The notes under the pieces: generated by a model
Database searches by the model: none
Told to the model about the DNA's origin: nothing
Seen by the model: only the letters and a program-made list of their open reading frames with translations
Program-made: the position numbers and the translations under genes
Shown here: piece by piece, positions 32,808 to 42,304 of the stretch
How the letters are laid out: every line of letters begins with the position of its first letter
How positions within the stretch are numbered: position 1 is the stretch's first letter
Assembly: GCA_963828255.1 (NCBI GenBank)
Contig: CAWHDZ010000034.1
Coordinates: forward strand, 1-64,000
Direction of reading: 5' to 3'
Length of the DNA stretch: 64,000 nucleotides
Source: an uncultured delta proteobacterium
Lineage (GTDB): Bacteria; Myxococcota; Myxococcia; Myxococcales; Anaeromyxobacteraceae

Positions 32808-33839
32808 TCAGCCCCCGCCGCGGATCCCCGGGAAGTCCTCCGCCGGGAAGAGCAGGACGTCGCGGATGCGCGGGGCGCCGGTGAGGAGCATGAGCAGCCG
32901 GTCGATCCCCAGCGCCACCCCGCCGGCGTCGGGCATGCGCCCCACCGCCTCGAGGAAGCGCTCGTCGAGCGGGTAGGCCGGCCGGCCCAGCGCGATCCGC
33001 AGCGCCCGCTCCGCCTCCAGGCGTCGCCGCTGCTCGGCGGCGTCGTTCAGCTCGGCGAAGCCGTTGGCCAGCTCGAGCCCGGCGGCGTAGAGCTCGAAGC
33101 GCTCCGCCCAGCGCGGGTCGTCGGCGCGGATGCGGGAGAGCGCCGCCATGGAAGCCGGCCAGTCGGTCAGGTACACGGGTCGTGAAAGGCCCAGGCCCGG
33201 CTCGACGGCCTGCAGGAAGATCCGGAAGAAGGCGTCGTCGAACCCCTCCCCGTCCGGCCCGGCGTCGATCCCCCGCGCCCGGGCGGCGGCGCGCAGCCGG
33301 GCGGGGTCCTCCCCGCAGGCCTCGAGGTCCACTCCTGCGCGGGCGAAGGCGTCTGCCACGCGCACCCGGTCGAAGGGGACGGCCCAGTCCACCTCGCGGC
33401 CGCGCCAGGCGAGCCTCGTCCCGCCCGACGGGTGGAGGGCGCGGGCCCCGGCTTCCACCGCCTCCTCCAGATCTTCCATGACCCCCGTGTGGTCGGTGCC
33501 GGCCCGGTAGAGCTCGAGCATGGTGAACTCGGGGTTGTGGGTGTCGGAGACCTCGCCGTTCCGGAAGACCCGCGCCAGCTGGAAGATCCGCCCGAACCCG
33601 TCGGCCAGCAGCCGCTTCATGGCGTACTCGGGGCTCCCGTGGAGCCAGAGCGGGTGCGGCGCGCCGCCCCCCTCCGGGACGAAGGGGGCATCGAAGGCCC
33701 GGATGTGCGGCTCCATCCCCGGCGCCGGCACGAGGCACGGGGTCTCCACCTCCTCGAACCCGCGCGCCGAGAGGTGGGCGCGCACGGCGCCCTGGAGGCG
33801 GGATCGGGCCCGACTCATCTCGATGCGCGTCCCGTTCAC
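32808..33839 (-). CDS. epmA: EF-P lysine aminoacylase (GenX/PoxA/YjeA)
   Basis: GFEEVETP, SPEYAMKRLL, VFRNGE, HNPEFTMLELYR, ERFELY, ELANGFAELND, GVALGIDRL; no anticodon-binding domain. Confidence 0.92.
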   Translation of the reverse strand: MNGTRIEMSRARSRLQGAVRAHLSARGFEEVETPCLVPAPGMEPHIRAFDAPFVPEGGGAPHPLWLHGSPEYAMKRLLADGFGRIFQLARVFRNGEVSDTHNPEFTMLELYRAGTDHTGVMEDLEEAVEAGARALHPSGGTRLAWRGREVDWAVPFDRVRVADAFARAGVDLEACGEDPARLRAAARARGIDAGPDGEGFDDAFFRIFLQAVEPGLGLSRPVYLTDWPASMAALSRIRADDPRWAERFELYAAGLELANGFAELNDAAEQRRRLEAERALRIALGRPAYPLDERFLEAVGRMPDAGGVALGIDRLLMLLTGAPRIRDVLLFPAEDFPGIRGGG

Positions 33840-33886
33840 CGGGCGAGCTTAACCGGTCGCGCCGCGCCCCTGTTAGCATGCCGCCG

Positions 33887-35473
33887 GTGAAGCGACTCCT
33901 CCCGTTCGCACTCGCGCTCTCCGCCTGCGCCCACGCGCCCGAGGTCCCCCCGCCGCCGGCCCCGGCGCCGCCTCCGGTTGCCGCCCGCCCGGAACCACCG
34001 GCCATCGACCGCATCCGCGCCGACGTGGACGCCCTGCTCGAGGCCCAGGGGGAGGCCACCTGGCTCACCTGGACCACCGGCGCCCCGCTCGACGTGGCGG
34101 GACCGCTGGCCGGCCGGGCCTGGATCGCCGACGGCGGCGCGCTCGCAGCGCTCGACGCCCTGCCCCCCGTCTCCGACCCCACCGAGGGCGCGCGCCGGCG
34201 GATGCTCCGCGACTTCCTCCTGGGCGAGCGGCTCGCCGCGGCGGCGGCGCCCGGCGCCCCACCGGCCGACCTGACCTTCTCCTTCGAGGGGCGGACCCTG
34301 GCACTGAGGGACGCAGCCTCGATGCTCGCCGCGGAGCCGGACCCCGCCCGCCGCGCCGCCCTGGACGCCGCGCGCGCCCCGGCCGCGGCCCGGCGCGCCC
34401 GCGAGGCCGACGCGAGCGCCGCTGCGCTCTCCGACGCCGCCCGGCGGCTCGGCCTGGGCGACCTTCCGTCGATCGCCGCCGAGCTGCGACGGGCCTCCCC
34501 CGGGGATCTGGCCGCGCTGGCCTCGGCCACCCTCGACGCCACGGGGCCCGCATACTGCGTGGCCATGGAGGCGCTGGCGCGCGGCGAGGCCGGGGTGTCC
34601 CTCTCCGCCACCCACCTCCGCGACCTGCCCAGGATCCTGCGCGCATCCCACGAGCCCAAGGCCCACCCCGCCTCCCGGCTCGCCGACGACGGCCGGGCCG
34701 CCGCGGCGGCCACCGGGGTGGACCTCTCCACCCGGGTGAAGCTCGACGACCGGGCGGCCGGCGGCAAGAGCCAGCGTCCGCTCGCAGTGCCGGTCCGGGT
34801 GCCGGACGACGTCCGCCTCTCGGCGATGCCGTCGGGGGGCGCGTCCGAGGCCCGGGCCTTCCTCCACGAGCTGGGCGTGGCCCTCTTCCTCTCGGGCATT
34901 CGCGCGAGCGGCGTCGAACCCCGCAGGCTCGGCTCCCCGGCCGTGACCGCGACCTGGGGCCACCTGCTGGAGGCGCTCGCCGCCGACCCGGCCTGGCTGG
35001 GCGAGCGCTCCGGGATGACCGGCCACGTGCTGGCCCGGGAGATCAAGGCCGCCCAGGCCGAGCGTCTCCACGCGGTGCGCATGCAGGCGGCCCGGCTCCT
35101 GCGGGAGGTGGAGCGGCAGCAGGGCGGCCCGCCCGCCTCCTCCGGCGACGGCAAGGTCCTCGCGCGCGCCCTCTGCCGGCCGGTCTCGGCCGAGGACGCG
35201 GCGCGCTGGCCGCTCCCCCGCGACCCGCTGCTCTCGTCTGCCGACGCCCTGCGGGGCGCGCTGCTCGCCGCCCAGATCGAGGTGGCCCTCGCCGAGGCGG
35301 GGGGCGGTCCCTGGTGGCGCTGGAAGGGCGCGCCCGGATGGTTCGGCCCGATCTGGGCGGCGGGCGCCGTCGCGAGCCCCGACGAGCTGGCCCGGGCCGC
35401 CGGGATCGGGGCGCTGTCGGCGGAGCCTCTGGCGCGGACGGCGCGGGCCCGGTTCGACGCTGCCGGCTGGTGA
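33887..35473 (+). CDS. Hypothetical lipoprotein, possibly a degenerate M2/M3 metallopeptidase fold
   Basis: MKRLLPFALALSAC lipobox, Pro-rich linker, PVRVPDDVRLS, FLHELGVAL; alternative start at 33878. Confidence 0.65.
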   Translation: MKRLLPFALALSACAHAPEVPPPPAPAPPPVAARPEPPAIDRIRADVDALLEAQGEATWLTWTTGAPLDVAGPLAGRAWIADGGALAALDALPPVSDPTEGARRRMLRDFLLGERLAAAAAPGAPPADLTFSFEGRTLALRDAASMLAAEPDPARRAALDAARAPAAARRAREADASAAALSDAARRLGLGDLPSIAAELRRASPGDLAALASATLDATGPAYCVAMEALARGEAGVSLSATHLRDLPRILRASHEPKAHPASRLADDGRAAAAATGVDLSTRVKLDDRAAGGKSQRPLAVPVRVPDDVRLSAMPSGGASEARAFLHELGVALFLSGIRASGVEPRRLGSPAVTATWGHLLEALAADPAWLGERSGMTGHVLAREIKAAQAERLHAVRMQAARLLREVERQQGGPPASSGDGKVLARALCRPVSAEDAARWPLPRDPLLSSADALRGALLAAQIEVALAEAGGGPWWRWKGAPGWFGPIWAAGAVASPDELARAAGIGALSAEPLARTARARFDAAGW

Positions 35474-35486
35474 AGGGGTCCGGGGC

Positions 35487-35951
35487 CTACTCCGGACCCC
35501 CGCTGCGGGCCTTCGCCTCCAGCTCGGCGAGCCGCTTGCGCATGCCGCGGTCGCGGGTGAAGCGGTCGGTGACGTCGCGGATGATGGCGGAGGCGCCGAC
35601 GAGCTTGCCCTCGTCGTCCCAGATCATCTGGATGGTGAACTCGATGGAGAGGGGCGCGCCGTCCTTGCGCGACGCCGGAACCGCCAGGATGTCCTTGCCG
35701 TAGCGGGTGTGGCCGGACTTCATCACCTCGTCCCAGCCGCCCCAGTGGCGCCCCCGCAGCCGCTCCGGGATGATGAGGTCCATCGAGTTCCCCAGGGCCT
35801 CGACCGCGCTCCAGCCGAACATGGCGGCCGCGCCGGCGTTCCAGAAGCGGATGATCCCCTCCCGGTCGGCGAAGAGAACGGCGTCCCCTGCGCCCTCCAC
35901 GATGCGGCGGCACAGCCAGTCCCGCGGAAGCTCCCTCGCCGGGTCGGTCAC
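35487..35951 (-). CDS. Stand-alone PAS domain protein with C-terminal coiled coil
   Basis: DAVLFADREGIIRFWNAGAAAMFGW, MDLIIPE, RKDG, IIRDVT; GTGA overlap with the upstream stop. Confidence 0.8.
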   Translation of the reverse strand: MTDPARELPRDWLCRRIVEGAGDAVLFADREGIIRFWNAGAAAMFGWSAVEALGNSMDLIIPERLRGRHWGGWDEVMKSGHTRYGKDILAVPASRKDGAPLSIEFTIQMIWDDEGKLVGASAIIRDVTDRFTRDRGMRKRLAELEAKARSGGPE

Positions 35952-37660
35952 CGCGACACCCCTTCCTCGCCGGACGGTGGGTCCGTCAGCTCCACGAGGC
36001 GATAGCGCCCGGTGGCCGGTCCCGCAACCCGCAGCAGCTTGCCGGGCCCGACCGCGCTCCCGAGCGACGGCACGCGCTCCGCCTCGGTGACGACCCAGAG
36101 CCGCCCGGGGCGCGCCGCGACCTCGCGCATGCGCGCCGGATCCACCACCTCGCGGACGCGGTTCTTCCCGTAGAAGGTCTCCCCCCGCCAGTTCATGAGC
36201 CAGGCCAGGAGCGGCTCGTCCGGCTCCGGCTTCCCCGCCCGGAAGGCGGCGAAGAGCTCCCGCTGCGTCCAGTGGACGGCCAGCGCGGGCCAGTGGACGA
36301 AGGAGATCCAGGCCGCCGAGAGCGCCGCCGCGGCGAGGAGGCCCACCACGGCGACGCGGGCAGAGCGCCGGAACGCCCCCGCGGCGATCCCGACGAGCGC
36401 CAGCGCGGAGAGCGCCGCCAGCACCGTCCCGGGGGCCCCGAGCGCCGCCTCCGGCCAGGCGCGGCGCGGATCGTAGGTGAAGAGGGCGGTGAGGAGGCGG
36501 GGATGGCGCGCCAGCCACCACCCCGACGCCGCCAGCGCGGCCACGCCGAGGAGCCCCTCCACCACGCGGCCGCGGAACCCCTCGTCGAGAAGCCGGTCGA
36601 GGAAGAGGGCCGAGAGCACGAGCAGCGGGGGCGCGACCGGGAGCACGTAGTGCGGGTAGCGGGTGGCGGCGAACCCCATGAGCAGCCAGCCGGCGCCCGC
36701 CCAGATCGCGCAGAGCAGGGCCAGGCCGGCCCGCGCGCTCCCTGGTTCACCACGGGTGCGGATGGCCTCCCCGAGTCCGCCCGGGATCGCGGCCACCCAG
36801 GGGAAGGTCCCCACCGCGAGCCATCCCAGGTAGGGGAGGAGGCCGCCGCCCGGCGTGGGGACGTGGACCCCCTGCCCGAGGCGGCGCAGGTGGTCGTGGA
36901 GCCAGAACCGCTGCAGGAAGGTCCAGCCCGCGTCGTCACGCCCGGGCCACGCGGCCATGGCCAGGTACCAGGGGAGCGCGATGGCGAGGAACACCAGAGG
37001 GCCCACCGGGACCGCCACCCGCCCCACCCGCTCCACGAACCCGAGCCGGAGCGCCCGCCGCCACTCCCCGGTGACGACGAGCCAGCCGAGCAGCGCCCCG
37101 GCCGGCAGGAGGAGCCCGAGCGGCCCCTTCACGAGCGTGGCCAGCCCGAGCAGGATCCAGCCGGCGCGGGCCCATCCCGGGCCGGCCCCGTCTTCGAGGA
37201 GCGCCACCGCGAAGGCCAGGCCGCCTGCGGTGGAGAGGGCGGCGAGGGGCGCGTCGGGGACGGCCTGCCGCGCGAAGAGGGCGACGAATGGGGCGGTGAC
37301 GAGTGCTGCCGCGGCGAGCAGGCCGGCGCGGCGGGAGGCGAGGCGCGCCACCGCGGCGGCGGACAGGGCGATCCCCAGGACGGAGAGGAGCGCCCCCGGC
37401 AGGCGCACCCCCCACTCCGCCCGGCCGTCCCCGGCCAGGGCCAGACCCGCCGCCCCGCCCCAGAGGAGCAACGGCGGCTTCGAGAAGAAGCCGGCCTCGC
37501 GCCACCAGGGGTGGACCCAGTCTCCCCGGACCAGCATCTGCCGGGAGACCTCCGCGTAGTGGGACTCCCAGGGGTCGAAGAGCCCCACCGAACCCAGCCC
37601 GGGCAGGAAGAGGAGCCCGGCGAGGAGCGCGGCGGCGAGCCAGACGGGGATCCGTGCCAC
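35948..37660 (-). CDS. ArnT/PMT-like (GT-C) membrane glycosyltransferase
   Basis: LFDPWESHYAEVSRQM, FSKPPL, VRLP, LVKGP, ALPWY, FPW, YPHYVLP; many TM helices. Confidence 0.85.
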   Translation of the reverse strand: MARIPVWLAAALLAGLLFLPGLGSVGLFDPWESHYAEVSRQMLVRGDWVHPWWREAGFFSKPPLLLWGGAAGLALAGDGRAEWGVRLPGALLSVLGIALSAAAVARLASRRAGLLAAAALVTAPFVALFARQAVPDAPLAALSTAGGLAFAVALLEDGAGPGWARAGWILLGLATLVKGPLGLLLPAGALLGWLVVTGEWRRALRLGFVERVGRVAVPVGPLVFLAIALPWYLAMAAWPGRDDAGWTFLQRFWLHDHLRRLGQGVHVPTPGGGLLPYLGWLAVGTFPWVAAIPGGLGEAIRTRGEPGSARAGLALLCAIWAGAGWLLMGFAATRYPHYVLPVAPPLLVLSALFLDRLLDEGFRGRVVEGLLGVAALAASGWWLARHPRLLTALFTYDPRRAWPEAALGAPGTVLAALSALALVGIAAGAFRRSARVAVVGLLAAAALSAAWISFVHWPALAVHWTQRELFAAFRAGKPEPDEPLLAWLMNWRGETFYGKNRVREVVDPARMREVAARPGRLWVVTEAERVPSLGSAVGPGKLLRVAGPATGRYRLVELTDPPSGEEGVSR

Positions 37661-37767
37661 CCGGTCCTTATCGCACCCCAATCCCGGGGAGCGAAGGGGT
37701 GTCCTGCCCGGGGGGGACGCCCGGCTCCTTGGATCCCCCGCCAGCCGGGGCTATCCTCCCTCCCAGC

Positions 37768-39492
37768 GTGGCCTCCCCGGCACAGACCCCAGCGGCGCCG
37801 GAATTCAAGCCGCACGTCTTCGGCAAGTTCTTCCTGCTGCAGCGGCTCGCCGTGGGCGGGATGGCCGAGATCTTCCGGGCCAAGGTGGCCGGGGCCGAGG
37901 GGTTCGAGAAGGAACTGGTGGTGAAGCGCATCCTCCCGGCGCGCTCCCAGGATCAGGGCTTCATCCAGATGCTGGTGAACGAGGCCAAGCTCACCGTCCA
38001 GCTCACGCACAACAACGTCACCCAGATCTACGAGTGCGGCTCCATCGACGGGAACTACTTCATCTCGATGGAGCTCGTGAACGGCGTCTCGCTGAAGGAC
38101 ATGATGGTCTCCTTCGCGCGGGCCGGAACGGCCATCACGCCGGAGCAGTCCATCTTCATGGTCCTCCAGCTCCTGCAGGGGCTCGAGTACGCCCACCGGA
38201 AGGCCGACGGCCAGGGCAACCCGCTGCGGATCATCCACTGCGACGTCTCGCCCGACAACGCCCTCATCTCCTGGCAGGGCGAGGTGAAGCTGCTCGACTT
38301 CGGCATCGCCCGCGCCGCCACCGGCCTCTCCAACTACAAGGAGGGGATGCTGATGGGGAAGCTCGGGTACGTGGCGCCCGAGCAGGCCTCGCTGGACCGC
38401 CCCTGGGACCACCGGGTGGACGTCTTCGCGGCCGGCATCATTCTCTACGAGCTCCTCACCAAGCAGAAGCCCTTCCAGCGCGCGGTGGACGTCGAGTCGC
38501 TCATCCAGTCCCGCCTCGGCAAGGTGGTGCCCCCCTCGTCCGTGGACGAGCGGCTCCCCAAGGAGCTCGACGCCATCGTGCTCCGGGCGCTGGCCGCCGA
38601 CCCCGACCAGCGCTACCCGGACGCCCGCTCCTTCGGCGACGCACTCGTGGACGTGCTCTTCCCCACCCCCCACTCGGCCATCCAGGACCACCTGGGGCGG
38701 CAGATGCACCAGGTCTACGCGGAGCGGATCGCGAGGCAGCGGGCCGCCCGGGCCCACGACGCGCTGGTGATGAAGGTCCTGCGCAACGTGGCCGAGCAGC
38801 AGCGGGCCGCGGTCTACGACTCGGTGGCGCGCGCCGAGACCACCGGGCCGCTCCCGGTCCAGACGCCGCTCTCCGAGCTCGGCACCCAGAGCATCGACAT
38901 CGACGTGGACCGCTCCCCGGGACGCACGCCCGCGCTCGGACCGGAGCGCATCCGGACCATCCGCGTGGGCGCGGGCCGGGCCGTGATGCTGGGCATCGCC
39001 TCCGGACTCGCCGTGGCGGTGGCCGCCTTCGCCGCCTCCCCCTGGTTGCGCGACGGAGTGCTCGTGATCTCCACCACCCCGCCCGGCGCGCAGGTCACCC
39101 TGGACGGCCGCTCCATCGCCGGGGCGACGCCCGTCGTGGTCGAGGGGATCCGGCTCTCCGACGCGCACCGCGTCGAGGCGGTCCTGCCCGGCCACCGCGC
39201 GGCCTCGATCGAGGTGGCCGGGGAGCCGGGACGCCTGGCCCGCTCGGTGCACCTGGCGCTCTCCTCCGCACTGGGCTCCTTCACCGTGGAGAGCGTGCCT
39301 TCCGGCGCCGAGCTCCGGGTGAACGGGAGGCTGGTCGGACGCACGCCCTACCGGGTCACCGACGTGCGGGTGGACGAGCGGCACCGCATCGACCTCACCC
39401 TCCCCGGCCACGACATCGACCAGTTCATGGTGCTGCCGGAGAAGGACGGGAACCGGTTCGTGCGGACGCTCCTGCCCCGCCCTCGCGGGTAG
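37768..39492 (+). CDS. Hanks-type Ser/Thr protein kinase with TM helix and two PEGA domains
   Basis: LAVGGMAEIF, VVKRI, IHCDVSPDN, DFGIA, GKLGYVAPEQ; STTPPGAQVTLDG and SVPSGAELRVNG..GRTP. Confidence 0.9.
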   Translation: MASPAQTPAAPEFKPHVFGKFFLLQRLAVGGMAEIFRAKVAGAEGFEKELVVKRILPARSQDQGFIQMLVNEAKLTVQLTHNNVTQIYECGSIDGNYFISMELVNGVSLKDMMVSFARAGTAITPEQSIFMVLQLLQGLEYAHRKADGQGNPLRIIHCDVSPDNALISWQGEVKLLDFGIARAATGLSNYKEGMLMGKLGYVAPEQASLDRPWDHRVDVFAAGIILYELLTKQKPFQRAVDVESLIQSRLGKVVPPSSVDERLPKELDAIVLRALAADPDQRYPDARSFGDALVDVLFPTPHSAIQDHLGRQMHQVYAERIARQRAARAHDALVMKVLRNVAEQQRAAVYDSVARAETTGPLPVQTPLSELGTQSIDIDVDRSPGRTPALGPERIRTIRVGAGRAVMLGIASGLAVAVAAFAASPWLRDGVLVISTTPPGAQVTLDGRSIAGATPVVVEGIRLSDAHRVEAVLPGHRAASIEVAGEPGRLARSVHLALSSALGSFTVESVPSGAELRVNGRLVGRTPYRVTDVRVDERHRIDLTLPGHDIDQFMVLPEKDGNRFVRTLLPRPRG

Positions 39493-39510
39493 GGACGGGT
39501 CCGGACCGGT

Positions 39511-40302
39511 TCACTCCCCGCGAAATCGGGGGGGCCTTCTCCCTGCCCAGGCGGCGCGCCCCTCGCGCAGGTCGGCGCTCTCGAAGGCGCGCGTGCGCAG
39601 GGAGGCGATCTCCACCCGCTCGGCCTCGGTGAGGCCGCGCTCGTGGGTCTCCTCGAGCAGCCGGAGGATGCGCTTCATCCCCTGCACGGCCAGCGGGGCG
39701 TTCAGGGCGATCTCCTCGGCCAGCGCCAGGGCCGCGGCCTCGGCGTCGGCCGGGGAGGCCACCCGGTCCACGAGCCCCATGGCGAGCGCCTTCGCGGCGT
39801 CCACCGGCCTCCCGGTGAAGAACATCTCCCGGGTGTGGGCCGGGCCCACCAGCGCCAGGAAGCGGCGCACCCCGGCGGCGGCGTAGACCACCCCGAGCTT
39901 GGCGGGGGGCATGCCGAGCTTCGCCCCCTGGCTGGCGATGCGCAGGTCGCAGGTGGCGGCGAGCTCGCAGCCGGCGCCGAACGCCGCACCGTTCACGAAG
40001 GCCACGGTGGGGCAGGGAACCGCCTCGACCGCCTCCATGGCCCGCTCGGTGGCCAGGTCGGGCCGGTCGCCGTCCGGCCCGTCCCCCTCCATGGCGTCGA
40101 TGTCGAAGCCGGAGCAGAAGGCCTGGTCGCCGGCGCCCCGCAGGACGAGGCAGCGGACCCTGTCCTCGGCGGCGCGCGCGCAGGCCCGGGTGAGCTCGGC
40201 CAGCGACCCGTAGTCGAAGGCGTTCCGCTTCCCCGGGTTGTCGATGGTGAGGACCCGGACGAAGCCGCGGTCCTCGACCCGGATCTTCGCCAGGGGCGTC
40301 AC
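39511..40302 (-). CDS. Enoyl-CoA hydratase/isomerase (crotonase) family protein
   Basis: DNPGKRNA, AFCSGFDI, NGAAFGAGCELAATCD, MPPAKLG, EMFFTG, NAPLAV; GTGA overlap with the biotin carrier gene. Confidence 0.88.
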   Translation of the reverse strand: MTPLAKIRVEDRGFVRVLTIDNPGKRNAFDYGSLAELTRACARAAEDRVRCLVLRGAGDQAFCSGFDIDAMEGDGPDGDRPDLATERAMEAVEAVPCPTVAFVNGAAFGAGCELAATCDLRIASQGAKLGMPPAKLGVVYAAAGVRRFLALVGPAHTREMFFTGRPVDAAKALAMGLVDRVASPADAEAAALALAEEIALNAPLAVQGMKRILRLLEETHERGLTEAERVEIASLRTRAFESADLREGRAAWAGRRPPRFRGE

Positions 40303-40511
40303 TCCACGACGGCCAGGACGTCGCCCTCGGCGACGGACTGCCCTTCCTTCACCCGGATCTCCTTCACCCGACCGTCCACCGGCGACTCCAGCGGCATCTC
40401 CATCTTCATCGACTCGAGGACGAGGATGGCCTCGCCGGCGCCGACCTGCTCGCCAGGGCTCTTCTCGATGCGGACCACGGTGCCGGTGATGTGGGCGGGG
40501 ACGTTGGGCAT
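40299..40511 (-). CDS. Stand-alone biotin/lipoyl carrier protein (70 aa)
   Basis: AHITGTV, LESMKME biotinylation motif, GQSVAEGDVL. Confidence 0.9.
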   Translation of the reverse strand: MPNVPAHITGTVVRIEKSPGEQVGAGEAILVLESMKMEMPLESPVDGRVKEIRVKEGQSVAEGDVLAVVE

Positions 40512-40627
40512 GAGGGGGCCAACCTACCAGGGGAATGAAGAGGTCCGCCACGGGGGCGGACCTCGGTGAGTCGGGGACGGAGTTCCCTCTCGTCCCACGG
40601 CCGGCTTGCGACCGGCCCTGTTGATGG

Positions 40628-41479
40628 TCAGTCTCTCCCCTTCCGCAGCGTGGGGTCAACCCGATCCGGGCCGAATTCGACGGCCGTTCGGGGCTCCTCG
40701 GACGAGGGGGCTTGACGGGTGGACATGGGCGCCCCTGGCTGGGGACCGGCCCGCAGCAGGGTCCGGACGGTGGCGACGATGTCCTGGTACTTGACCGGCT
40801 TCTGGAGGAAGAAGTTGGCGCCCAGCCGGCTCACCCGCTCCCGCTCCTCGTCGCCCGCCGAGGAGATGACGATGATGGGCAGGTGGCGCAGGCGTGGCTC
40901 GGCCCGGACCTTCTCCACCAGCGCGAAGCCGCTCATGACCGGCATGTAGACGTCGGTGATGATGAGGTCGATGGGGGGCTGGGCGTGGAGCCTCGCGAAG
41001 GCCTCGTTCCCGTCCACCGCCACGTCCACCGCCAGTCCACCCACACCCTCGGTGGCGGCGAGGCGCCGCAGCGCGGACGCGTACATGGCGGCCACGAGCG
41101 AGTTGTCCTCGACGAGCAACACCCGGTAGCCGGGGCGGCTCGACTCGGCCTGCGCGGCCGCCGCGACGGCGAGCCGCTCCAGGCGGCGCCGGTCATCCAC
41201 CCGGTCGGGAGGGATCCAGACGGCGACGCCCGGGGTCTGCGAGGATCCGCCCGGGCGCATCCGGACCACCTCGACCTCGAGCTCGGCCGGCTCGAGGAGC
41301 TCGGGGAAGGAGATGAGCAGGGAGAGCCGCTCCCCCACCTCGAACTCCCGCTCGGTGCGGATGAAGAGACCGCCCGCGGAGAGGTTCTCCGTGTAGTCGC
41401 GCACCGTGGAGGCCGCGCCCGGATAGTCCACCGCCAGGATGAGCGGGAATCGCGGGTGTGATCGTTTCTCCGTCCCCAT
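40628..41479 (-). CDS. PilZ domain (myxobacterial TIGR02266-like) fused to a receiver domain
   Basis: KRSHPR (RxxxR), ENLSAGGLF, then VLLVEDN, IITDVYMP, FLQKP. Confidence 0.85.
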   Translation of the reverse strand: MGTEKRSHPRFPLILAVDYPGAASTVRDYTENLSAGGLFIRTEREFEVGERLSLLISFPELLEPAELEVEVVRMRPGGSSQTPGVAVWIPPDRVDDRRRLERLAVAAAAQAESSRPGYRVLLVEDNSLVAAMYASALRRLAATEGVGGLAVDVAVDGNEAFARLHAQPPIDLIITDVYMPVMSGFALVEKVRAEPRLRHLPIIVISSAGDEERERVSRLGANFFLQKPVKYQDIVATVRTLLRAGPQPGAPMSTRQAPSSEEPRTAVEFGPDRVDPTLRKGRD

Positions 41480-41632
41480 GGTCTCCGGCCGGCCGCCTCG
41501 TTCCCCTGCACCTGACCCGTGCCGGCCGATTATGCCCCGGCCCGGAAAGAAATCTCCTCCGCGAACGTCCGTTCCGGTCGATTTCATCGGAAGTTGAAGG
41601 TGTGGCGGGGCGCCGGTAGTCTGCTGTCCTAC

Positions 41633-42304
41633 ATGTTCCGCCGACGACACCGCCGCGAGCGCATCCTCCTCCCCGGCGAGAGCGAGGGGCGCCGGAGCTT
41701 CCTCAAGTACGGGCTGGCCGGCGCGGCGATCCTGGCCGTGGGCGGCGGGACCTGGCTGGGAACGCGGCGGACGCGCCCGTCGTCGGGACTGTCCGGGGCC
41801 TTCACGGTCCTCTCGCCCGAGGAGGCCACGGTCTTCCTCGAGCTCTCCGAGCGGCTCCTGCCCCCGCGCCCGGGATTCCCGGCCCCGCTCGACGTGGACC
41901 TCCCCCGGCGCATCGACGCCCTCCTCGGGCTCATGCCCCCGGAGGGGCAGAAGGAGGTCCGCCAGCTCGTCGGGCTCTTCGAGAACGCGCTGGCCGGGCT
42001 CCTCCTCGACGGACAGTGGAAACCCTTCACCGCCTCGACGAACGAGCAGCAGGACGCGCGCATCCGCTCCTGGCAGCAGAGCCGCCTCGAGGTGCGGCGC
42101 ACCGGCTACCGGGCCCTGAAGAAGATCGTCTACTCGAGCTACTACGGGGCCCGCGAGACCTGGGCCGCCATCGGCTACCCCGGGCCGCCCCCGACCGGCG
42201 GCATGGTCGAGCGCGAGCCACGCTTCGTCCCCGGTACCATCACCGAGGGTGCATCCCCCTCCCCGCTCGCCCCTCCCCCCGCCCTGCCCGAGGTGAAGCC
42301 GTGA
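41633..42304 (+). CDS. Twin-arginine signal protein, probable small partner of the GMC oxidoreductase
   Basis: GRRSFLKYG plus hydrophobic stretch; SSYYG..ETWAAIGYPGPP; stop overlaps the GMC start. Confidence 0.7.
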   Translation: MFRRRHRRERILLPGESEGRRSFLKYGLAGAAILAVGGGTWLGTRRTRPSSGLSGAFTVLSPEEATVFLELSERLLPPRPGFPAPLDVDLPRRIDALLGLMPPEGQKEVRQLVGLFENALAGLLLDGQWKPFTASTNEQQDARIRSWQQSRLEVRRTGYRALKKIVYSSYYGARETWAAIGYPGPPPTGGMVEREPRFVPGTITEGASPSPLAPPPALPEVKP

